From positions 1,440,001-1,504,000 of the forward strand of contig OZ244561.1 in the NCBI GenBank assembly GCA_965217585.1: 64,000 bases of DNA. Reading direction: 5' to 3'. The stretch comes from Candidatus Latescibacterota bacterium. Lineage in GTDB: Bacteria > Latescibacterota > UBA2968 > UBA8231. Shown here one piece after another: positions 56,743-64,000 of the stretch. The notes under the pieces were generated by a model. The model did no database searches. It was given only the letters and a program-made list of their open reading frames with translations, and was not told the DNA's origin. Each line of letters starts with the position of its first letter. The first letter of the stretch is position 1. The translations under genes and the position numbers were made by a program.

Positions 56743-57570
56743 ATGCGCCGCTTGCCCAAACTGCTGGCCATTCTGCTCATGGGGGGCTACTGCCTGAGTT
56801 CCCTAATCGCCCTCTTCTGGGTGACCTATACCTCCTTTAAGGCCAATCCCGAGTTTTTCGCCAGCACTTGGGCCTTGCCAGCCGAATTGCGCTGGAGCAA
56901 TTACGCGTACGCTTGGGACAACGCCGAAATTGGCCGCTACTTTTTTAACACAGCCTATATCACCGCGCTCGCCACGAGTGGTACCTTATTGGCGTCGGCC
57001 ATGGCGGCGTATGTCCTATCGCGGGTGACCTTCGCGTTTAGGCGATTTACCTTCTATCTCTTCCTGTCGGCCATGATGGTGCCACCCATGCTGTACCTCT
57101 TCCCGCTCTTTGTGCAGATGCGGCATTTGCACCTGACCAACAGCCACTTTGGTTTGATCGTGCTCTACATCGCCACTGGGCTACCTTTTTCGATCTTTGT
57201 CCTGACGGGTTTTTTTCGCACCCTGCCGACCGAAATGGAAGAGGCCGCACTGATCGACGGGGCCTCGCCGTGGCGGACCTTCTGGACGATTGCGCTGCCC
57301 CTCGCCAAGCCCGGGCTAATCGCGGTTTCCATCTTCAACTTTATCAACTACTGGAACGAGTTTTTCTGGTCGCTCATCCTCCTCCGCACCGGCAAGCTCT
57401 ACACGCTGGCCCGCGGCCTGCAAACCCTGTTCTGGAACATGTCAACCGAATCGCGCTGGACCGAGTTATTTGCCGGTCTGGTGATCGTCATGCTGCCTCT
57501 GATTGTGGTGTTCATCCTGTTGCAAAACCGCATAACAGAGGGCCTGACCGTCGGCGCATTAAAGGGCTAA
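56743..57570 (+). CDS. Carbohydrate ABC transporter permease (MalG-like)
   Basis: FFRTLPTEMEEAALIDGAS, WNEFF, terminal GALKG. Confidence 0.93.
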   Translation: MRRLPKLLAILLMGGYCLSSLIALFWVTYTSFKANPEFFASTWALPAELRWSNYAYAWDNAEIGRYFFNTAYITALATSGTLLASAMAAYVLSRVTFAFRRFTFYLFLSAMMVPPMLYLFPLFVQMRHLHLTNSHFGLIVLYIATGLPFSIFVLTGFFRTLPTEMEEAALIDGASPWRTFWTIALPLAKPGLIAVSIFNFINYWNEFFWSLILLRTGKLYTLARGLQTLFWNMSTESRWTELFAGLVIVMLPLIVVFILLQNRITEGLTVGALKG

Positions 57571-57572
57571 TC

Positions 57573-58880
57573 GTGGAGCGCAGGGACTTTCTTAAATACG
57601 TGGCCGCTTCGGCCGTCGCCGGCGGGTGCGGCCGGTATCTGCCCGGGGAAAACGTGCTGGAGATCGCCAACCTCCAGCCGCCCGCCGCTCAAGTGCCGAT
57701 CAACCAAGTCATGTGGCGGGCCGTGGAGCGCTTCCGCGAAACGCACCCGGAAGTCCAAGTCGAGCCAGCCAGCGGCGGCGGCGGCGGCTACCAAGAACTG
57801 ATGATTCGCGTCATGGAGGGACACCCGCCGGATATCATGTCTTTTGCCACGGCCGAGACCGGCCTCACCTACGCTTACGTAGAACAGGGGCACGTCCTCG
57901 ATATGACGGAGTACCTCCAGCGGCCTTCTTGGGATATTCCGGGCAAAACTTGGCTGGAGACCATCGACCCGCTCTACCGAGAGCCGCTGACGTACAAAGG
58001 CCGCTTTTACGCCATCCCCCAAAACGTGATTTCCCTCCAGGTGTATTGCAACGCCGAGCTGTACCAACGCGCCGGTGCCGATCTCAATCCGCAGACCTGG
58101 GATCAGTTTATCGACAACTGCGAACGCCTCAAACGCGCCGGTATAGTCCCCATTACCCAAGACGGCATCCACTGGTACACGAGCTGGTGGTTCGACCACC
58201 TAGCCCAGCGCATCCTCGGCGCCGACAAGGTGCGCCAGGCCTTCAGCGACCCCCAGCGCCGGACCCCATGGACCGAACCCGGCTTTCTCCAAGCCGCCCG
58301 CATGGTCGAACAGATGCTGGATCGGGAGTATTTTGCGGAAGGGTTTGCCGGCCTCAATCACATCGAGTCCGAGCTTTTGTTCTGGCAGGGACGAGCGGCG
58401 ACCGTCTTTGTCGGCAGTTGGTTTACCAGTGGTCGGACCGAAGTAATCGGGAAGAATTTTCCCTTGTACGCCTTTCGTTTTCCCGCAGTCCAAGGCGGGC
58501 GCGGGAACCCGCACGACCTAATCGGCACGGTCAACACCCAGAGCATCCCCGCTCTGGCCCGCCATCCCGAGCGAGCGGCGGAATTCCTGCGCTTGGTGAA
58601 CAGCCGCTGGTTCCAAGAGCAGATGGTGCAACAGGCCCAGATGATTAGTCCGCTTACAGGCATGCCACTGCCCGGTATCCAACAAGGATTAGATCAGATC
58701 CTCGTCCAGACCGATCAGTTCTACTCATTTTCCTTTGGGCTAGAAGGAGCGCACCCGTTCTTGTATCGCCAATACTGGAACGAGTGGAACCAGTTCATGG
58801 TGGCGCGCGAACTATCGGCCCCCCAGCTCGTGGAAAACCTCGAAAACATCTTTACTCGTTATTATGGGCACTTGGGGTAG
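57573..58880 (+). CDS. Sugar ABC substrate-binding lipoprotein with a Tat signal
   Basis: RRDFLK followed by AGGC; PPDI, YKGRFYAIP, PQTWDQF. Confidence 0.88.
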   Translation: MERRDFLKYVAASAVAGGCGRYLPGENVLEIANLQPPAAQVPINQVMWRAVERFRETHPEVQVEPASGGGGGYQELMIRVMEGHPPDIMSFATAETGLTYAYVEQGHVLDMTEYLQRPSWDIPGKTWLETIDPLYREPLTYKGRFYAIPQNVISLQVYCNAELYQRAGADLNPQTWDQFIDNCERLKRAGIVPITQDGIHWYTSWWFDHLAQRILGADKVRQAFSDPQRRTPWTEPGFLQAARMVEQMLDREYFAEGFAGLNHIESELLFWQGRAATVFVGSWFTSGRTEVIGKNFPLYAFRFPAVQGGRGNPHDLIGTVNTQSIPALARHPERAAEFLRLVNSRWFQEQMVQQAQMISPLTGMPLPGIQQGLDQILVQTDQFYSFSFGLEGAHPFLYRQYWNEWNQFMVARELSAPQLVENLENIFTRYYGHLG

Positions 58881-58942
58881 CTTTGATAGCAGGACGCGAA
58901 TAACGCATCCTCATATACCGCTAGAGCCAAAGGTAGGCAATC

Positions 58943-59266
58943 ATGCTGAATCATAAAGGCTATACGGGCCACGTCGAGTTCGACGACGAGGCGGGTCTCT
59001 TTCACGGCGAGGTGCTCGATCTCAAAGACGTCGTCACGTTTCAAGGGCGGACGGTTGAGGAACTGGAGCGAGCCTTCCGAGAATCGGTAGAAGACTACTT
59101 GGCCTTCTGCCAAGAGCGCGGCGAAGCACCGGATAAACCCTTTTCTGGCCGCTTGATGCTTCGCTTGCCACCAGCCTTGCACCGTGAGATCTACGTGCGA
59201 GCGCAGCGCGAAGGTAAGAGTCTGAACCAGTGGATTGCAGACCAACTGTCAACGGCTTGGCGATAA
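58943..59266 (+). CDS. hicB: HicB-family antitoxin with an RHH domain (no adjacent hicA)
   Basis: HKGYTG.VEFD, DVVTFQG, SVEDYL.FC, KPFSG.LMLRL, SLNQW. Confidence 0.9.
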   Translation: MLNHKGYTGHVEFDDEAGLFHGEVLDLKDVVTFQGRTVEELERAFRESVEDYLAFCQERGEAPDKPFSGRLMLRLPPALHREIYVRAQREGKSLNQWIADQLSTAWR

Positions 59267-59446
59267 CGCACGAATCCCAGAAGCTACCTGCTCGCCCCGA
59301 CATTCCGCAAGATTATCGACTACCACAAGGATTTGCTGTAAAACAAGCTCGATTTTGGGCTGTATTTATCGATCCAAACTGTGTCAGGTTTTACGCCCTA
59401 GCCTACCCCTACTTTGCATGAAGAGGAATGTCTAAGCAAGCCTACT

Positions 59447-59689
59447 CTAAGCTCCTTTACGCTGAAATTTCTTAATAGCGAGATTCACAAGGATAGCTAG
59501 GTTCGCGCTGGCTAATAGGGCTACGCCCCAAATCCAAACATGGGTTTGGGGCGTAGCTAAAACCATCGCGTAGAAATTGGGGGCCTCTGCGGCGGGTGCC
59601 GACGTTCGAAGTAAGGCCCCAATGATACCCATGACCACGACCATTACGGTCGACAGAAGAGCGACTACCCCCCATAGATGCGTGCTCAT
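59447..59689 (-). CDS. Small two-TM hypothetical protein
   Basis: Strong SD (GGAGGTGA), two hydrophobic helices, basic C-terminus. Confidence 0.6.
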   Translation of the reverse strand: MSTHLWGVVALLSTVMVVVMGIIGALLRTSAPAAEAPNFYAMVLATPQTHVWIWGVALLASANLAILVNLAIKKFQRKGA

Positions 59690-59749
59690 AGCTCACCTCC
59701 TGCAATTTTGAACCCGGCCAATACCTTTACCAAAAACCACCGGGTACTG

Positions 59750-60580
59750 CTATGCGTCAGCGCGGTCGATCCACTTATAGGCGGCTTTGGCGTTGCGCCA
59801 AAAGTACTTTTCCGTCGCCTCTTCGCCCCGCGCGATAAAATACGTCATCACCAAGCGCTGTATTTCTGCGTACTCGCGGCCACTGCGGTCGGATACCGGC
59901 CAGTCGCTGCCGTAAATCAGCCGGTCCTCTCCGAACAAATCCCATAGCGCATCGAGCACCGGAGCGTAAAAGTCCACATCCGTCGGTGCTGGCTTGACTT
60001 GACTGCGCAAATCCATCAGCCCCGACACCTTGCAATAAACCTGCGGATGGGCAGCGGCTTGGCGCATCAATTCCAGCCGCGCCGGATCGGGTGGGCGGCC
60101 GTCGATGGGGATACCGCCGATGTGGTTTATGACGATGCGCAACTCGGGGAAGCGCGCCGCCAGCGCGGGCACGCCCTCGTGTAAGCCCGTGTCCAGCTCC
60201 AGATCGTTGGCTATTAGCATTTCAGCAGCAGCCAAGCCGTGACTTTCCGTTGCATCTACGCGGGCGCGGATGCCGAGGAAAACCGGGTCGGCGGCAAAGC
60301 GCTCCAAGTGAGCGGCAAAGTCCGGGTCGTCAGGTTCAAGATGCCCGACCAATCCCACGATGAAGGGATCTTCGGCGGCCAAGTCGAGAACCCATTGGTT
60401 GTCTTCGACCCAAGGGCTGCACTCGACCATGACCGTGCCCGTTACGCCCTCGGGCACGGCTAGGGCCTTGTAGTCTTCGGGCAGCGCGCGCCGGTAGAGA
60501 ATTTCGTCGTCTTTTTCCGGCCAAGGCACGCCTTGGGGTCTGAACGGATCGTAGAAATGGGTGTGGGTATCGATAATCAT
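59750..60580 (-). CDS. Amidohydrolase_2 family (sugar-lactonase-like)
   Basis: IIDTHTHF, VINHIG, CKVSGL, YGSDWP; start MIID at 60580. Confidence 0.88.
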   Translation of the reverse strand: MIIDTHTHFYDPFRPQGVPWPEKDDEILYRRALPEDYKALAVPEGVTGTVMVECSPWVEDNQWVLDLAAEDPFIVGLVGHLEPDDPDFAAHLERFAADPVFLGIRARVDATESHGLAAAEMLIANDLELDTGLHEGVPALAARFPELRIVINHIGGIPIDGRPPDPARLELMRQAAAHPQVYCKVSGLMDLRSQVKPAPTDVDFYAPVLDALWDLFGEDRLIYGSDWPVSDRSGREYAEIQRLVMTYFIARGEEATEKYFWRNAKAAYKWIDRADA

Positions 60581-60617
60581 CGCCAAATCGCTCCTTTTTT
60601 GGTTATGGCCGCGCAGC

Positions 60618-61562
60618 TTATTTGCCGTCTGCGGAGGGCGGTGGCTCCGCGTCCTGCTCCACAGGCATACGCCAGTTTTGCGCCTCATCTAAAGTAATGG
60701 TGCGAAAATCGGGCATCCGGTCGGCGTCTCGGTCCTGATGCTGATGGCCGCCTAGAATGTACATCGAGTGCTTGCGCCCCGACCCCGGCCGGTCGGCGTC
60801 GAGCAGCCGGAATCCTATGTGCAGTATCTGCCCCGGCGCGAAAACGTGTCGTTTGCTCTCCTCGGGACTCGGCCCCAGCACATCCCACAAGGCCGCTTTC
60901 CACTCGAAGGTATATTCGACGTGCAAAGTGCCGTTGGTCGCGTCGGGCGGGCGCATCGTCCAAGCGATGTCGAAGTGGGGTTTGTCCATCGCCCACAGGA
61001 ACTCCTCCAAGAAGGGGTCGTGGTGCTGATCGAGAAAGCCAGCTTGGCCGTGGGGCAGACGCGGGTGCCGCAACGGCAGCACTCGGGCGTAGTAGCGTTG
61101 GCCGTTGACCAGTTCCTCGCGGGTGAACCCGTAGATACTGCCGCCAGAGTGGTCGGAATCCACGGTAATCGACAGCGTATCGTCCTGCCACCACTTGAGG
61201 GGGTCTTCGTTTTCGATCTTGAGGGTATCGTCGATGATCCGGGCGAAGCAGTACCAGCTATTGTCGGGGGGCGGACTCCAAGCGGTGTAGATGGTAAAGT
61301 CGAAGTCGGCCGCATCGACCTGGTCCGATTCGCGGTCGAAGAATCCCTCCCGCTCCAGCGCTAGACGAGGGTCGAAAAAGGCCCAATCCTCGTCGTCGCC
61401 ATCTATAGTTATCGAGGCGGGATCGGGCACTTCGACGAAGGGGACCGTGACGCCCACATGGGCAGACGCGATACTGGTTATGGGAACGGTCAGGACTAGG
61501 CTTAAGAGGAATGCCCTGAACAGGCCACAGCAATGCGCGTACATGTAGCTAGCCATTGTCAT
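60618..61562 (-). CDS. Secreted DOMON/CBM9-like protein, paralog of 52942-53829
   Basis: ITIDGDDEDW, VDSDHSGG, NGQRY, LLDAD; lacks the WGxxK tail. Confidence 0.65.
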   Translation of the reverse strand: MTMASYMYAHCCGLFRAFLLSLVLTVPITSIASAHVGVTVPFVEVPDPASITIDGDDEDWAFFDPRLALEREGFFDRESDQVDAADFDFTIYTAWSPPPDNSWYCFARIIDDTLKIENEDPLKWWQDDTLSITVDSDHSGGSIYGFTREELVNGQRYYARVLPLRHPRLPHGQAGFLDQHHDPFLEEFLWAMDKPHFDIAWTMRPPDATNGTLHVEYTFEWKAALWDVLGPSPEESKRHVFAPGQILHIGFRLLDADRPGSGRKHSMYILGGHQHQDRDADRMPDFRTITLDEAQNWRMPVEQDAEPPPSADGK

Positions 61563-61724
61563 ATCTTTCCTCGCATCGGTTTGCCGACTAGGATAAAACT
61601 GAAGGTTGTATATTAGCGGTATAATATATAATCGCAATGCTTCTACTTGGAAGAATACATGAGAGCTATAATACTTTTACTTTGCGTGCAAAAGGTTCTC
61701 GCCGCGAGCACAGGAGCTAACGCT

Positions 61725-63518
61725 ATGACCCAACCGGTGACACTGCAAACGGGTGAGATGATTATCATCGACAACGGGCTGGTGCGTCTGGGGATCCGCG
61801 AAGACGGCATCCTGCAGGAGCTTTCCCTGCGCGGCGGTCCCAACTTGGCCAGCAGCGGCTACTGGAACTGCAACGGCAATGGATACGACGCGGCGGAAGC
61901 ACCGCTGCGCCAGAAATTCTCGGTACTGGCCGGCCAAGCCAACGTGCTGCGCCAATCCGCCGAACTAGTGGAGGTGGCCTTCGTCCGCGAGCCAGCGGAG
62001 CCTCTTTTTTTTCGCACCGCGCTCCACTACGTGCTGCGACGGGGCGAGTCGGGATTTTACCTCTACATGACCGCGGCTCACGACGCACAAATGCCCGCCG
62101 GCTCTATCACGCAATATGCCTACAACCTCCGTCTCTCCCCGCAGCACTTCGATTATATCGCCGTTGACGAGACCCGCCGGCACATAAGCCACACTTGCGA
62201 GGAAGAAGGTGCGGCCAAACAGATCATGGATGCCACGTTTGTCCTTGCCGACGAGCGCGTGGTCAGCAAATACGATTACTGTCACGCAATCGAAGACGGC
62301 GACTTCAATATATACGGCTGGGCCGGGCCGCAAGCCGGCGTGTGGTGGATCCAAGCCAGTGGGGAATACTATGGCTCGGCACCGTTCCGCGTCTTGCTGA
62401 CGAGCCACCAGACGGCGAAGACGCCTGTCATCGTCTGGCAGGCGCACTGTGTGCATCGAGGCGGATACGAGATCGAGTTTCCGCCCGGGGATGGGACAAA
62501 CTGGCAAAAGATATACGGTCCCGCGTTCGTCTATCTCAACAGCGGCGGCGATTACAACAATCTGTGGAGCGACGCCAAAGCGCATGTGGCGACCGTCGTG
62601 CAAGAGTGGCCGTTTGCGTGGATGGCGCACGAGTTGTTTCCGCTTGAGCGCGGCAGAGCGGTCGGCCAGCTCGTTTTCGACGATGGCACCCCGGTCGTCG
62701 ATGCGTGGGTAATCTTCGCGCCGGAAGGGATACACTGGTCGCAGGAGAACAAAGGGTATCACTTCTGGACTCGCACCGATGCACACGGGCGCTTTCGTCT
62801 GCAACAAGTGCGGCCGGGCCGCTATTCGCTCTTCGCGCTGGGTGCCGATCAGTTTTACGAGTTTCAACAGGACGGAATCGTGGTCACGGCCGGCGAGGAG
62901 ACGGCTGTAGGTCGTCTGACTTGGCAACGGGTCGCGCGCGGCCAACGCGTTTGGCAGATCGGCACGGCCGATCGGTCGCCGGGGGAATTCGCCAATGGCC
63001 GCGACTTTCACCATTGGGGGCTATGGCGTCGTTATCCGATTGACTTTCCGCAGGACGTCACCTTTGTAATCGGCAAGAGCAAGGAGCGCGAGGACTGGAA
63101 CTTCGCGCATTGGAACTGGTATAGCCAAAACAACGCTTGGAATATCATCTTCGACTTGGACGAAAAGCCCACGGGCAAGGCAGTGCTGACCTTCGGTATC
63201 GCCATCGCTAGGGGGCACAATGCACGGGGGTCCGGGGACAACGCGGCGGCCGAGTTGCGAGTATGGGCCAACGACGAGGAAGTGGGCGTCGTCAGCGTGG
63301 CGAGCACGGGTGGGGACAGTTACCGCAGCGCTAGACAATCGACGCGCTACAGCGTGGAGGAGATCGCCTTCGACGCCGGACTACTCAGCAGCGGCGAGAA
63401 TGTGATCTCTCTGCGGCATACTTTGGGCAATCGCTACGTGCAGGGTGAGGAAAAGGGCGAAAGCGGTTCTGGACCCGGCTGTATCATGTACGACGCCATA
63501 CGACTGGAAATCGAGTAG
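61725..63518 (+). CDS. Polysaccharide lyase family 4 (rhamnogalacturonan lyase-like)
   Basis: YVLRRGESGFY, DAT...SKYD, WQKIYGP, GYHFWTRTD..G.F...VRPGRY, WQIG.ADR, IMYDAIRLE. SD AGGAG precedes 61725; an upstream start at 61659 is possible. Confidence 0.88.
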   Translation: MTQPVTLQTGEMIIIDNGLVRLGIREDGILQELSLRGGPNLASSGYWNCNGNGYDAAEAPLRQKFSVLAGQANVLRQSAELVEVAFVREPAEPLFFRTALHYVLRRGESGFYLYMTAAHDAQMPAGSITQYAYNLRLSPQHFDYIAVDETRRHISHTCEEEGAAKQIMDATFVLADERVVSKYDYCHAIEDGDFNIYGWAGPQAGVWWIQASGEYYGSAPFRVLLTSHQTAKTPVIVWQAHCVHRGGYEIEFPPGDGTNWQKIYGPAFVYLNSGGDYNNLWSDAKAHVATVVQEWPFAWMAHELFPLERGRAVGQLVFDDGTPVVDAWVIFAPEGIHWSQENKGYHFWTRTDAHGRFRLQQVRPGRYSLFALGADQFYEFQQDGIVVTAGEETAVGRLTWQRVARGQRVWQIGTADRSPGEFANGRDFHHWGLWRRYPIDFPQDVTFVIGKSKEREDWNFAHWNWYSQNNAWNIIFDLDEKPTGKAVLTFGIAIARGHNARGSGDNAAAELRVWANDEEVGVVSVASTGGDSYRSARQSTRYSVEEIAFDAGLLSSGENVISLRHTLGNRYVQGEEKGESGSGPGCIMYDAIRLEIE

Positions 63519-63536
63519 CATAGGGCACATCGCGGC

Positions 63537-64000
63537 CTAGTAAGCCACGCTGATGATGCGATGCTGGCTCGCGGCCCCGGCTTGGGCCTCCACCTCCACC
63601 CGGCACAGGTACGAACCGGGGGGGACTACGCGCTCGTTCTGGTCTTGGCCAGTCCAAGTGTAGAGATAGGACTGGTCTGGCTGGCGCTGCCCCTCAAGGG
63701 CGCGGACGAGTCGGCCGTCGAGGGCGTAGATCTGCACTTGGGCGGGCGCGTCCGTCTTCAGGACGTGGAAGCGAATTTCTGCGGCGTCGCTGATCCCGTC
63801 CCCGTTGGGGCTGATGAACGACTGCACCGAGAGATTGGCGATCAGCCGGTCAGTGCCCGGGACGCTGGGCAAATAGACGGTCGTGGCGGCGCGGCTCGCC
63901 GGATCGACCGGCTGCCAGACCTCTAGCTGCTGCTCGTGTCCCACGAAGGCCCGGAAGAGGGTGGCGTTGCGCTTTACAACCGCGCTGAACGCCAGCGCGA
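63537..64000 (-). CDS. C-terminal part of another FlgD-Ig/SPNGDG protein (begins outside the window)
   Basis: ISPNGDGISD, WTGQDQ...VPPGSY, terminal ISVAY. Confidence 0.8.
   Translation of the reverse strand, partial: ALAFSAVVKRNATLFRAFVGHEQQLEVWQPVDPASRAATTVYLPSVPGTDRLIANLSVQSFISPNGDGISDAAEIRFHVLKTDAPAQVQIYALDGRLVRALEGQRQPDQSYLYTWTGQDQNERVVPPGSYLCRVEVEAQAGAASQHRIISVAY

Noticed and set aside
1-64000. tRNA/rRNA genes, integrases and transposases
   Set aside because: None recognised by eye; a covariance-model scan would be needed to exclude tRNAs fully.

Overview
High-GC bacterial chromosomal window, mostly coding. Gene content suggests a Latescibacterota/Poribacteria-like lineage (inference from many FlgD-Ig/'TPNGDG' C-terminal proteins, a WGxxK-tailed protein, a DUF6785-like transporter, CRTAC1, sulfatase and PhyH). 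Left to right: a Yip1-MFP-MacB efflux operon interrupted by an AAA/DUF4143 ATPase and two MITEs; a BtrH-like protein behind a highly structured intergenic region; a paralogous ABC pair plus DUF1854; cysH followed by a UxxC ArsC-family selenoprotein; a lower-GC defence island (Menshen-like trio, then DarT1/NADAR with an SSB-like OB fold fused to DarT); sulfatase, PhyH and murD; an operon holding a second hidden selenoprotein (DUF5069-like), an FNR-like reductase, GT2, argC, tatD, SLBB/Wzz and dut; a xanthine-dehydrogenase-family cluster; and a large cluster of secreted discoidin/FlgD-Ig proteins with a probable outer-membrane barrel, PPIase, sugar ABC transporter, amidohydrolase and PL4 lyase. 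Best leads: two in-frame UGA genes with SECIS-like hairpins missed by the ORF track, the SSB-DarT1 fusion, degenerate duplications of host-gene 3' ends around two cargo insertions, MITEs with exact 7-bp target duplications, a candidate ncRNA, and the FlgD/barrel surface module. All family calls come from motif recognition by eye; no database searches were run.
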